From positions 28,582,001 to 28,646,000 of the forward strand of contig OZ076420.1 of NCBI GenBank assembly GCA_964187785.1: DNA of 64,000 bases, read 5' to 3'. The position numbers were made by a program, and so were the translations under genes. This document shows positions 35,940 to 48,789 of the stretch, in pieces (position 1 is the first letter of the stretch; each line of letters opens with the position of its first letter). The notes beneath the pieces are model-generated. The model ran no database searches. It had not been told where the DNA came from and worked only from the letters and a program-made list of their open reading frames with translations. This DNA is from Amphiscolops sp. MND2022 (lineage: Eukaryota).

Positions 35940-38900
35940 TGTAGTAGAGCACTTGTTGTACAGCTTGATAAAACAAAAGTGTGAAAATAATTAATTACAC
36001 TATTTATTAACAACCTGTCAAAAATAGTAAAAGTGGCAAAAGAAAACAATCTGCCAATACAGACAGTAACGCCATTCAATACAGTTTCTCACACTTCATC
36101 TTCTTTCGTCTATCTAGTTCTTTAGCCAATTCAGCTAGACTATAACATGGCGCTGCGGGCTGATGAAGATCATTCAAACTCCCCACTACCAGGACTGAAT
36201 TACTTCTGGCAGGATGCTGAAAAGCCCCCTGGATACGACTGGGAGCAATGGATTCAATTGTTCGAGGTCGCAACATTGGCAAGACACTCAATCTCAGTGT
36301 CCGAAGGGCTAAGGGAGGCTGACCAACAGAATCCACGTGCGGCGGCTCTGATGGGGAATTTAGAAGAAATCCCTGCAAAAAGGAAAGTCGTAAGTTTACT
36401 CTAAATCTCAATTGGTAAAAATGCAAGAAAAATGCTGATGGACAAGTTCCCGCGAATAAACATTCTACTGATCGAACTTCGGGAACTTATGCAAAATTGA
36501 GCAGAATGCTTCCAAATTCGACGTAACCGAACATTAGATCGACACACGTTTCTTTCGAGAAAACAGAAACCGGCGGAGACACTAAATCAATTCTGGAATG
36601 CATTAAACGGACTCGCGGCGAGATGCAATTTCGGTGACCAAACAGAAAGCCTAGTTCACGACATATTCGTTTTAAATATGGCAAATAAACAAGTGCAAGA
36701 AAAGCTTTGCACAGAACCTAAAGAAACGCCAGCTGAAGCCCTACAATTTGCGATAGCCTTTGAGGACGGGCTAAAACGCCAAAAAACGTGTGGGAACATC
36801 AATCAAGAGCCCAAAGTAAAAGAAGAACCTATTTGCACGATTAGTAGCAACAACACAAGAGAGTGCTGGAGATGCGGTGCGGGTAATTTCACCCTAGATC
36901 ACTTGAAACGATGCAAGGCACCCGAAGCAATGTGTAACTACTGCGGGCTAAAAGGCCATTTAGAACGAGTCTGCAATCAGAAGAAAAAGAACACTTACCC
37001 GAAAAATGGCAAACCCAGAAGATTTGGCAACAGAGTGCAGTTGGTGGATTAGGAGGAAAGCGACAATGAAGACGAAGATGACTACATGGTGCTAAATGTT
37101 GAAGGAAGCGAAAATGATTCAAAACCATTCTTTATGGAAGGATTCATTAATGGCAACCGTTTCAAAACCATGATAGATACGGGCTCCTCTGTAACAATTT
37201 TCGGTTTGGACGAAATAAAATCAATCATGAAGAGGAAAGAGTTGCCAGTGCGGAAGATGATAGAAGGCGAGCGATACGTGGATTTCAATGGAAAACCACT
37301 GAAATTGCTGGGATATGTCTTTACCGAACTACAGGTGATTGACAGCTACATCAAAAAGGCGAGAATCCTAATTGCCCGAAGTGGATCGAAGTCGATAATT
37401 GGCAGAGAATGGCTATTAACACTCCGATACAAGCTACAACCGCAAAAGGGTGAGTTAGAAGTAAATTCTATAGAGAAGAAAAGTGAACTAAGCGTAGAAA
37501 CTAAGCAACTAGTCACCGAACTTCCCGAACTATTCAAAAGGCAAGGTAAAGTAAATAATTACAAAATAAAAATAAACTTGAAGTCAGAAGCGGAAGTAAG
37601 TCAACAAAAAGGGAGACGAATTCCAATCCAACTGCAAAAGGCAGTGGATGAAGAAATTGGTCGTTTACTAAAGGAAGGTCATATCGAGAAGTTGACGAAA
37701 TAAAGGATGACGTATTCATTCAGCCAACAGTCATCACGGTCAAAAAGGACCGTTCAGTCAAAATTGCATTAGACGCTAGAGCGCTGAACAAAGCGATCGA
37801 TAAAGATAAATACCAAATGCCAAATTTGGATAATTTATTAGATATGGTCGCAGAAAAAGTGGATACTGAAGAAGGCGAAGCGTGGTTTTCATCAGTCGAT
37901 ATGACTTACGCATACGGCCAAGTCCCCTTGCATCAATTAACAGCAAAACACTGCAATTTTCAGATAATCGGTGGAGAATCCACCGGAACGTATCAATTCG
38001 TAACAGGTTTTTACGGTCTGTCGGTTATGCCAACAGAATTTCAAAAAGTAATGGATACTTTATCAGCAAAATTTAGAGACGTGTTCGTATTCATCGATGA
38101 CATTTTAATCGTAACCAAGGGAACAAAGCAAAACCACATACAGAAAGTGCGGGAAATTCTAAAAACACTCGACGCGGCAAAATTACAGCTAAAGGCAGAA
38201 AAGTGTAATGTGGCAAAACAAGAAATTGAGTGGTTGGGGTTTAAATTGACAAGCAACGGAATTTCGCCGGTAAATTCAAAATCACAAGGAATTACAGAAA
38301 AACTAAGACCGACAAACTTGAAAGAATTACGGTCATTCCTTGGCGCAGTAAATCAATTTAACAAATTCATTCCCGATCTGGCGGCAATTTGCTTTCCATT
38401 TAGGTCCATATTAAAGAAAGACGCGATATGGAAATGGACGGAAGAACACGAAAAAGCGTTTAAAAGAGTAAACGACGAAGTGAAAAAAGTAGCCGAGTTA
38501 ACACATTTCAAAAGAAATAAACCGCTTAGAATTATATGTGATGCGAGCAAACAAGGCTTGGGAGCTGTTTTACAGCAATGCGAAGAAAACAAATGGAAAC
38601 CAACAGCATATGCGTCAAGATTTTTAACTGAATTAGAGTGTAAATATTCAATTAAAGAGTTAGAACTATTGGCGGTAGTATGGTCAAAAGAACATTTTAA
38701 AAATTACGTGTACGGAGTCGCATTCGGGATAGTGTCAGATCATAAAGCCTTGCAAAGTTTGTTAAAATCAAACAAAAGTAATAAAACATTTTCTAGTAGG
38801 TTAACCAGATGGGTGGATAGGCTTTTACCCTTCGAATTCTCAATTGTACATACCCCGGGAAGAACGCTAGGAATGGCGGATTACCTGTCAAGGCATCCGT

Positions 38901-40775
38901 CAGAATACGGAGGATCGGTAGCAAAAGCGGAAGAATTATTCAACGATTGGTTTACGGTGAATGTAGTCAGAGAGATTACGCCAGAAATGAAGCTATTGGC
39001 AGGTTGGTGTAAGCCAATCAAATCACAGGAAAGTAAGAAAGTTCAGTATACGCAAGCAAACAAAGTTTTGTCAATCCAAGCGCCTTTGCAAATAGACAGA
39101 AAAGTTGAAAGAGAGAAAGCAGTTGACAAACAACTAAGTGAAATGGCAGAAGCCAAAGATTTGACAAAATCAAAAATTAGCTCGGTTTACGTAAAAGCGA
39201 TTGCTGAAAACGATCGGACAATTCAAAAAGTAATCAATCTCGTCTTAAACAAAAACACAGCTGTAATTGCTCGATTACCCCCACCGTGGAGGGAAAAATT
39301 TAATTCTTTTTCTGTGGATTCGAACGGTCTTTTATATATGGACCACCGCCTCGTTATCCCCAAAGATATGCGGGAGAATATGCTCCGGGCCATACATTTT
39401 GGCCACGCAGGACGTGACGCAATGCTGAGGGAGGCGTCAGACGTCTGGTGGCCTCGCATCCATAGAGAAATTATCGACAAGGCGAGAAATTGTAGCGAAT
39501 GCCGAGAAGCAGTTAAGAATTTCAAGTGTGGAAAACAAAATGGAAGAAAACCAAATACGGAAAAATCACGAACGATAGAAAAATGAATTTTAGAACAAGA
39601 CCCACAAATCGAAATAGAACCCGAAGACTTTAGCGAAGAGGCAGACTCAACCATCTTGGTCAGGGAGAGAGTCAGAGGCACCAAGCTAGAAGGCGCCTTC
39701 AAAGAGGTAAAGGGAAAGACTGTGGGAGAGTCAAGCCACACCATTACTGTTTTACCTAAAACAGGCCATCAAGTTATCTACTCAAAAAGCAACTTGGCAG
39801 CAGGAAGTAAGCTAGCAAGTCCAAGCAAGAAGGCAAACGCCAACAAAATGGCAAAAAGTGAAAGAGAGGCAAGCGAGACAAAAGAGGCAAAATCGAACAA
39901 AGTGGCTAAGAAGCTAAAAACAGCAGTAGGTCAAGAGATGGGAATTAGCCACCAAAAACAAGTGGAAGAAAACAAATCACCACATCATGAAGAAGAAGAA
40001 AAGACAACAATCCCGCCTGTGAAGGAAGAACAGGACAACGAAGAAAGTCTGACACACAGGGATCAAGAAGAACAAACCGCAAACAGCGAAGACGAAATAG
40101 AAAGTGCCGAAAAGTCAACTCTGGAATCTGCGCCAATCCAAGGCACAGTGAAATGGGAGAAATCCCGAACATCATCTAGAGTAACAAAAAGGCCCGACAG
40201 ATGGGGCAACAATGTCATGATAGCAAAGATCGAACCAGACTCTGCCAATGAAGAAGAAAACCTCCCCAGCGTGATGGAAATTCCTAACCCGAAGGAAAAA
40301 CTGGCACAGAAAGCTGAAAACTTTTAATACAAACATTTAACCAGTGTTAACGTACCACACTTTTAAATACAGTTGGTTCTACTTATTGAAATCAATAAAT
40401 TGTCTTTTTAGTTAAACCAGCCAAAATTGTACCCCTGAGCTAGTCGTTGCTTTTGTGTTTAAATTATAAACTGAGTGTAAGTACCATTAACCCTATGGCG
40501 CTAATTTGAGATTCTTGAAGTACTTTGTAAATCGTTCCCCGTTCATCTCCTATTCTAGAGAGGGGAGTGTGGTAGAGCACTTGTTGTACAGCTTGATAAA
40601 ACAAAAGTGTGAAAATATTTAATTACACTATTTATTAACAACCTGTCAAAAATAGTAAAAGTGGCAAAAGAAAACAATCTGCCAATACAGACAGTTACGC
40701 CGTTCAGTACAGTTTCTCACACTTCATCTTCTTTCGTCTATCTAGTTCTTTAGCCAATTCAGCTAGACTATAACA
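35940..40775 (+). mobile_element. Gypsy LTR retrotransposon, internally deleted (integrase core missing)
   Basis: 208-bp LTRs 35940-36147 and 40568-40775 (about 5 differences), TSD ATGTA on both sides, PBS TGGCGCTGCGG at 36148, PPT AGAGAGGGGAG. Gag with CNYCGLKGHLERVC knuckle, protease MIDTGS, RT FIDD, RNase H, integrase HHCC only. Confidence 0.97.
37817..39586 (+). CDS. RT-RNase H-integrase zinc finger portion of pol
   Basis: 589-aa ORF: FIDDILI, CDASKQGLGAVL, ELELLAVVW, HFGHAG..WWP..CSEC. Confidence 0.9.
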   Translation: MPNLDNLLDMVAEKVDTEEGEAWFSSVDMTYAYGQVPLHQLTAKHCNFQIIGGESTGTYQFVTGFYGLSVMPTEFQKVMDTLSAKFRDVFVFIDDILIVTKGTKQNHIQKVREILKTLDAAKLQLKAEKCNVAKQEIEWLGFKLTSNGISPVNSKSQGITEKLRPTNLKELRSFLGAVNQFNKFIPDLAAICFPFRSILKKDAIWKWTEEHEKAFKRVNDEVKKVAELTHFKRNKPLRIICDASKQGLGAVLQQCEENKWKPTAYASRFLTELECKYSIKELELLAVVWSKEHFKNYVYGVAFGIVSDHKALQSLLKSNKSNKTFSSRLTRWVDRLLPFEFSIVHTPGRTLGMADYLSRHPSEYGGSVAKAEELFNDWFTVNVVREITPEMKLLAGWCKPIKSQESKKVQYTQANKVLSIQAPLQIDRKVEREKAVDKQLSEMAEAKDLTKSKISSVYVKAIAENDRTIQKVINLVLNKNTAVIARLPPPWREKFNSFSVDSNGLLYMDHRLVIPKDMRENMLRAIHFGHAGRDAMLREASDVWWPRIHREIIDKARNCSECREAVKNFKCGKQNGRKPNTEKSRTIEK

Positions 40776-41607
40776 ATGTACTTTAAATACTGAGTTTGAA
40801 AGAATCCTTGAGTTTTTGCTTCAGATGAGATTCTGAGCAATATTCAACGCAGTCTCATGTGCGATCCTTCTCAAAACTTCATACAAATGAGGCACTTTCC
40901 ACAGCAAATCTTTTCCATAGTTTTGGTACATTTTTATGCAAATGTTTCAAAAATTGCCACATCGGAATCATATCCATATATGCATAAAATAGTTTTCTGA
41001 TATGAGGATGAATGTATTTTATTGGATTTCAGATTTTATTTGCCGCCTAGTAAAATATATGCTACCTAGTTCGACTCATTGAAGAGCGGGCCCGACAGGA
41101 CAGTCGAAAGGGATATCTTTCATAAAACCCATAAATGGTAGCAATACTGAAATTCTAGAGCCAAACAATCTTTTCTAAAAAATAGTCTTCTAACAGACGG
41201 CAAATAAAGCAGTGTCACTACTCATCTCGCAGTTAAACGCTGACTCAAAGTTCAGTTCCGGAGACATTAGAAAGGATCTAATAGATATCTATCTCATTAC
41301 ACAAGATAGCTTAAGTCCATCATTAAATAATTTTCAGTAAAGTTCTGAAAGATTAGAATGCTAAACTTTTGGCGAGAAAACTGCCATGTGGTATATCTTT
41401 TCTGTCCATTTTTATAGCAATGTGTAGTTTAAGACAATATGCAACTATTCAATATCATTCTACATCCATAAACATCAGCAATAGATTTAAAACCAAACTC
41501 AGTTCAAGAATTTAACTAACTAATAAATGACTCGATGAGAATTTAGACTAAAGTAGGTAAGTTTGAAATTTTCCACAAAACAGATCAAGAAAACGGAAGT
41601 CTCCCTT

Positions 41608-41861
41608 TCAAACCCTGGTGCTCGCTTTCTTCTTTGAGGAAGCTCTCCTCTTGGATGGCCGTGGGTTCGAATCGTTCAGCTGGATGAAGGAATCTAGAGA
41701 TACGTGAAAATCAGAATCGAGGGGTTTTTTGCACCTGAACGTTTCCGTCAGCATTTCCCGGAACTCCTGATTGGTTAGATAGTAAACGAAAGGGTTGATA
41801 CAGAAATTGATTGGAGCTATTAGCATGTAGAGAGAGGATAGCGAAATGTACCCCACACACA
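41608..41861 (-). CDS. Class A GPCR, last exon (TM7 and C-tail)
   Basis: taacag acceptor; YMLIAPINFCINPFVYYLTNQEFRE = TM7 NPxxY plus helix 8. Confidence 0.75.
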
Positions 41862-42481
41862 CTGTTACCCGTCAGGGATGTTGGCACAAAAAAATTGATG
41901 ATCACTAATTACTAATTACGTAAGTATTCTGTTTTTGGTCGGAAAGGATTCTTTGCCAAAAATGTGAAGTTTATATTGAAACAAAAGTCATATAAAGTAC
42001 TTGTTTTTATGAAGACCAAAAATGCAATCTCGAAATTCTTTGACTACCACTTGAAGTAACCTTTTGTACCATATAATCAAGGCATGTATAAAGGAAACTG
42101 AAACTCCTGAAAATTTTCCCTTGACTTATAATGTAGTTTTCCTAGGTGCTACAGTTATATACAACTTGAGTGATATGGAACTTCAATTGATCAATTGTTC
42201 AAAACTAAACATTAACAGGACCTCGGATGAATTAGGAAGGGTTGTAGCTCTGATATAAATTTGGCATATGCATAATATTACTTGACAATACATCACTATC
42301 GGTTTTTTTGAAAGATTTTTGAGGGTCAGGTCTAGGCCAGAGATTGTGTTTCAAGATGTTATCAAGGGATTTTCCTTTGTCAGAGTTGTTTCAGATCTGG
42401 TCCCAGACTGAAAAAATCTTTAAGATGGTAGCTTGGGCTGTCATTTTGCGTAATATTGTGTAAAATTAAATATATATATTT

Positions 42482-42791
42482 CTAAATTTTGAACATCCCT
42501 GAAACTGAATCATCGGCTTTGTACTCCCGGCTGAAAAAACTAGTTGACTTGACAATGAAGTATACCATACTTGGTAAGACACAAGCCACACTGCAAAGGG
42601 AAGATATGATAGCCGTTAGTTTCCAGTTGTTGTGTCTCCGACTTATTTCTTCCTCGCTTTTGGATTTTTTGAAACTAGCGGCTGCTTTTTTCTGGAAGAG
42701 GCGATCAAGTCTGGATTTGATTCCTTCGATGCTGATCCGATGAGATGACGTGGACGCAGATTTGACTCCCAAGTTGCTGTTTGCGCCCCTA
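42482..42791 (-). CDS. Class A GPCR, ICL3-TM6 exon
   Basis: Basic loop, then WKLTAIISSLCSVACVLPSMVYFIV (TM6 CxxP). cag acceptor at 42794-42792; donor uncertain. Confidence 0.6.
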
Positions 42792-45700
42792 CTGGGAGTT
42801 TGCAGGAATTATTAAATAAAAGTTTTCATGATCAAATCCTGTTGGCCCCTCGATTGCCGTTTATCGATGGCCATTGCAATTTGATAGAAACATCAATCGA
42901 CATCAATGAGATTCTAACTTTTCATGACTTCTATGAGTTGATGTATCATTGAAAAAGGACGAACTAGCCAATGATTTTATTGAGATAAATCTCGCGAAAT
43001 AAATCAAGATTTTCGCCAAATCATTGCTCGAAGACAGATTATCTTGGTGCAGAAGAGTACTATTAATTATAAAAAAAACAATGTTGCTTGTCGAAATGTT
43101 TCGAATATTATACACATTTTTGGTATATGTCGTAAAAAATTCACTTTAAAGCAGTAGCTTAGGTTTCTCAAAATTTGAAAGCTTATTGTAACAACCATTT
43201 TGGGCATTTTGATTTCAAACAGTAGTTTTGTTGGAACCAGATGTCTCTTTTTTGAGAAAATAATTAGATAATGCCTGGTAGTTTGGTCATCGTCTCTGGC
43301 AATGATGTTGTGGGATCCACTGCTGTTGGTGATGTAGCTGTCGCCCGAAAAGCGGTTATGCTCGTCTGAGGATTTCTGGTTTTTGAAGGCAGGGGCACCC
43401 AAGTAGTGACCCGGGGGTTGACTCGGACCATCTTTGACCTCATCTTCATCTGAATCTGCAGTGCACATCATGAACTTGAAGCTTAGAATCTCATTTCCTA
43501 GTTTCAGCAGGAAAATTCATTTTTAAACCTATAGGGTAAGAAACTCAAAACTGTATCAGAACTCAAAGTGACCATTTCAGGCATTTTGATTTCAAACAGT
43601 AGTTTTAGTCCGTCGGTGTTGTAATTTCACTGGCATATCTGGGCGCATATCGATATCAGTTGAGCGTTGATAGTTTTGAAATTGTATGTTTCTTCCTCAT
43701 AAATGTATAAATTTTGGAGTCAAATTCTCTACTTTGGTCCAATTAGAAACCCACATTTGTGAAACTAAAGGTATTTCTTCATTTTTTCAAAAGTCAAAAG
43801 GCAGTGAATATTAAGACAAATATCAAGGCTTAAAGTTAACTTCTGAGAATCTATCGAATACATAACAAAAACACTTTTTGCGTACCTATTAAATGACATA
43901 ACTACCTTTAACAAGCCGCGAACCCTCCCCCCCCCCCCACTTAAGGTTAAAAAACCAAGTTTCTTAAATATGCAAAGGACACTATTGGTAAACTTTTATC
44001 ATTTTCTCAGTGCCTAAATATACTCCAAAGGTATTTCACATTGCACAATTACTTTTTCCCAAGTCGAAACCAGCTATAAAAGCAGGGGGTACGAATGTGG
44101 TTTTCGAATATGCGAAGGGACACTATTGTGATACATTTATTGAATATACAGTGTCGAAAAAGATCCGAAAGGAAACGCATAGGACTGGAAAACCGCTTTT
44201 TCCCAACTGGGAACATCAAAAAATTTGTTTCTAAAAACATTTTTTTCCAAAAAAACGTCGAAAAAGGAGCTTTAGGCCCGCCAAACATTATTAAAGTGAA
44301 AGGGTACACTTTGTTCAAATGGAGATTTTATCGAGAAAAAGTAGCACAGGTATTTCACGGTATCAAAAATAATCAAAGAGATCACCCTCAAGAGTTGGAT
44401 AAAAAGTTTTCCTTCACAAAAAAACTTCGAAACACCAAAATTTGTACTCGGAAGTGTTTTTAAAAGTCGTCGGTAAGTCTCACAGTACCAAAAAAACCTC
44501 AAGTGGCTCTATGCTCGCAAAATGCTTTGCTTCTGCTAAAAAATCGATAGAGGGGTTTCGGTTATCAGCAATTCAAAAAAATTAGCATACGTCTTTTGCA
44601 AATATTTAATCATTTCAGTTTAGTGCGAGTCTCGTCCTTCTGCTTCTGAGACTTCGTCTCTGATCTTCTCAGAAATCCGATTTCACCACTACGCCAAGAG
44701 GAAGAAGTTATTAAGGTAACAGAGGAATTATTAGCAAAGACCTACTTTAAAAATATTTCAGTTCGCTGGTCTTTGAAAAAAAACACTGCTATAGTCGGGT
44801 CTTTTCTTCTTCAAGAAGCACCGACTAAAAAATACGTGTTGCATTTCTAGCCGGTTCATGAATAGTCTGTTGTGTCTTATCAACTCACTAAGCTTACCTA
44901 TGTCTCTACGTTCAAAAAACAAGTCAACTCCCGTCGAGAAAGCCTAACAAAAACGTTGCGTGCAATTTTATTTTCAAAGAAGACGACAAAAGAAGTTCTA
45001 TAGAAAGTCGCGCAATGAATCTCTAATCAAATAGCAGCAAGATATTGATACAAATATTCGGGGTCCGCTTTCATATCGGATTTTCGTTTGACAAAAGTCA
45101 AATTTTCGAGCCAAAAGTTCTTTTTTGACACTATGACACATTGCCGAAAAAAAAATCAATTTTTTGTCAAAACGTGGATTTTTTGTTTCCACTTGGGGAA
45201 AATGTGGTTTATAAGTCTTATGCGTATCCTTTGGATAACTTTTTGGCACTGAGAAAGTAACAAAAGTTTTTAAAACAGAGTCCTTTGCGTGTTCAAGAAA
45301 CTTGAGCCGGGCGCCGACTTGGGCCGGTCCCGTCTTCTTCAAAGTAAACGTTAATTTCCTATAAAGATTCAGAGTTTCTGGAATACGATCGAAAAAATTG
45401 CAGCGTAGTGAGGAAATTTAGCTTTTTTTCTTCAATTTAGTGGCTTTAGTCCTTATTATAATGAAATGAGAACCAACGTACACAGTTTTTTGTAGCTTTT
45501 CGGGAGTTCTCAGAAATAAAATGAAGAAAATATCTTCGTTCTGGAGAATTTTAGATCTTATTCCAAAAGTTTTAGTTCTTAATTTAGTGGCTTTAGGTCT
45601 TGTTACAGTGAAATGAGAACCGACGTAACACTTTTTCGCACTTTGTTATGAGTTTTCAAGATCATTTTTAGATTTTCAGATTCTTAAATATATTTAGGGA

Positions 45701-45828
45701 TTTCTAGATGTTATTTCTGTGGTGTTAGATCCTTATACACTGATTGTTAAAAATTAAATAGTTGGATTTTGATGTTTTTATAGCGGCTGTAAAGATCCTC
45801 CAGTAACTTTATTGTTTTGAATGAATCC

Positions 45829-48789
45829 TGTTATACGGTGAAATACCGAACCGATTAATTCGGATGACACTGTCAATCAAACTTAGTTCTTCTTTTAGAC
45901 TTTATGCTTATACATATTTGTAAACATAGCGCTAATTCTTTTGTACCAAAGAGATATCATTTGGATAGCGATTGTGTTAAAGAGAAGACTGCTAAACTTC
46001 AATTTTCGTTTAGAAAATACTTTTAACAAAACATATCTTGTTTTCTTACCCAACCGAGAAATAGAACATGGCGCAGTCAGCAATCTAAATTACCCAAGAA
46101 AACTCCACCGAAACAAAGAAAATGGCAGAAGATAGCAAGATCGAAGTACCAAATTTCGAAGCCACATCGGACGGGAAAAAGATCTTTACACCGAAACAAT
46201 GGCTCGAAAGATTTCGGCAATACACAAAGAGAAAACACAAAATGAACATTTCCGAACTGATACGGGGAGCCGAAATGACACAAACCGGTTGGTCCGGAAA
46301 AGAAATCGAAATCCATCTCAAAATTTACCTTTATTTAGAACCGAAATGGACCGGGATTACTTTCACTGGGGCGCCACTGCCGAAAAAATGGAAATCATCA
46401 GAAGAAGGAGGAAGAGCCCGGAGACACTCAGATTAGTGGAGAGACGGTTAGAAATATCCCGTCCTGGAACATTGAGAAGAAAGTTTGACATAAACGCCCA
46501 GAGGCAGATATGGGTCCCTTCAAGACCAAATAAAAGAAGCCGACAGGAAATTGCAGAAATAGACGGCGAGCTGCTTACACAGACAAACAGATTTGGTGGA
46601 GGGTACCAACCCCTAGAAGACAGAATAGAAGACGAAGAACAAGAACCACAACAACCGGAAAAAATTGAAGAAGCCGAACCAGAAAGTGAGGGTGAGAGCC
46701 AGATAATTCGGGGCGATAACTTCCCAATCGTTGACTTGAAGGCATTCAACACCGAAGGAAAGGAAGCACAATTTATCCAGATCAACCAAGTGATCAACAA
46801 AAAGACCGGAGGCGAAACGAGAAGAACACGGCTCCGGAAGCATACCGAACAACATTCGAAAAACTAAGCAACACGTGGGGGTTAACCTTCAATGACGACC
46901 GAATAGTAGTACCGAACGAGTTGAGGAAAAAATTAATGGAAACACTACATTTCGGACATGCCGGGTACACAAAGATGACATCGGAAGCCAAAATTTTCTG
47001 GTGGCCCAACATGCAGAAAGAAATCGAAGAGAAAGCAAAGAACTGTGTGGCCTGCATGGCGTCTGGTAAGAATTTAAAATACCAAATACCGAAACGCGAA
47101 TTCGGAAAATTAAAATCACTAACCGAACCGGGACAAGAAATTCAAATTGATTTTTCCGGAAAATTAAACAACGAAAAACTAAACGGGGAGTACCAAATCC
47201 TAATAGCGGTAGATAGATTTAGCAAATGGCCGACGGCGAAAATTTGCAAATCAGCAGAAACCAAGGAAATTTTAAATTTCCTGAAACAAAAATTCAATTT
47301 ATACGGACTACCGGAGAAAATAAAAACGGACAAAGGAGGAGCATTTATTTCAAACGAATACAAAGAATTTTGTAAATCGAAAAACATCGAAATTGAATAC
47401 AGTACACCAAGAATTCACACCGGTACGGGAGCAGTAGAACGTGCAATACAAACACTGAAAAATCTGATCATAACTAACTTGGAAGAAAACATAGGCTTAA
47501 CCGAATGTGTAAATAGAGCATTGAACGTGATGCGTTTTACAATACATACGGGGATGAAAATCACGCCATTCGAGTTACATCACGGTCGCAAACCAAAAAC
47601 CGAACTAACCAACATAATTAAAGACGGGCGATCATTCCTTTCTAATTGGTCGGAATTGCCTGTTTTAGCAAACGAGAGACCGAAGATCCCTATTTACATA
47701 ACCAGGAATGGTGACGGAGAAGTGTCCAACCACATTCTTATGGCCCGGACAAAGACCGAAGAAAAAGCTTTGACCGAAAAATCTCCGAAGAAGAAAAATT
47801 CGGTTGGTATATACCCTTTTCAATTCTTCGAAAAGAACCATAATAAAAAATCATTAGAACGTAGATTCCAGAAAAAATTACAAACCGCAGTAAGTGGAAC
47901 GGAACATACCGTAACCACCGATACAGGAAAAAGAATTCACCGAAAACTTATTTCGGGTCCAATTGTATTTCAGAAAGAAAGAAAAGCAGCACCGAAAATC
48001 GGAGACAACATCACTCCTAAAAACCGTCACTGCCTTAGGGGAGTTGACGGCAAATATATACAGTGGAACGAGGTTCTACGTGATGTACTCAACGGAAAGT
48101 TGAAAATCGTGCCAAGCCAAAGAACCGGAACAGACACGGAAAGCGAGGAAGGTGAAATCGACGACGATGAGAGTGATTTCGAGAATCACGATACCTCCGA
48201 GAAAGACGACGTCTACCGACCGGTGACAACATCCCCTGAGGATGAATTGAACCTACACACCGAAGGCGAGCTAAATACCGGTGAGATAAAATTAGAAAAT
48301 AATACAACCGAAAACGAAAGAATAGGACGGTCAAGCCGTGAAAGCAAACAACCGAATAGATACGTGGGGGTTACATATACAAAAAACTTTTGGGTGTGAT
48401 TGTAAAACAAAAAACTGTTACAGGTGAAAGATGGAACATCAGAAAAGAACCACCGAAACCTTTTACAAAGCCAGCGGATTTCACCCGAGAGAAGACACCG
48501 ACCCCAGGAACATCAAAACAGTGAACAAAGAAAGCCCAGGAGGGGGGAATGGTATACGGTGAAATACCGAACCGATTAATTCGGATGACACTGTCAATCA
48601 AACTTAGTTCTTCTTTTAGACTTTATGTTTATACATATTTGTAAACATAGCGCTAAATCTTTTGTAACAAAGAGATATTATTTGGATAGCGATTGTGTTA
48701 AAGAGAAGACTGCTAAACTTTAATTTTCGTTTAGAAAATACTTTTAACAAAACATATCTTGTTTTCTTATCCAACCAAGAAATAGAACA
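45829..48789 (+). mobile_element. Gypsy LTR retrotransposon, internally deleted (PR/RT/RH missing)
   Basis: 240-bp LTRs 45829-46068 and 48550-48789, TSD AATCC on both sides, PBS TGGCGCAGTCAG at 46069, PPT GGAGGGGGGAA. Confidence 0.97.
46921..48399 (+). CDS. Intact retroviral-type integrase
   Basis: HFGHAG..WWP..CVAC zinc finger; catalytic IQIDFSG / KTDKGG / AVERAI (D,D35E). Confidence 0.9.
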   Translation: MRKKLMETLHFGHAGYTKMTSEAKIFWWPNMQKEIEEKAKNCVACMASGKNLKYQIPKREFGKLKSLTEPGQEIQIDFSGKLNNEKLNGEYQILIAVDRFSKWPTAKICKSAETKEILNFLKQKFNLYGLPEKIKTDKGGAFISNEYKEFCKSKNIEIEYSTPRIHTGTGAVERAIQTLKNLIITNLEENIGLTECVNRALNVMRFTIHTGMKITPFELHHGRKPKTELTNIIKDGRSFLSNWSELPVLANERPKIPIYITRNGDGEVSNHILMARTKTEEKALTEKSPKKKNSVGIYPFQFFEKNHNKKSLERRFQKKLQTAVSGTEHTVTTDTGKRIHRKLISGPIVFQKERKAAPKIGDNITPKNRHCLRGVDGKYIQWNEVLRDVLNGKLKIVPSQRTGTDTESEEGEIDDDESDFENHDTSEKDDVYRPVTTSPEDELNLHTEGELNTGEIKLENNTTENERIGRSSRESKQPNRYVGVTYTKNFWV

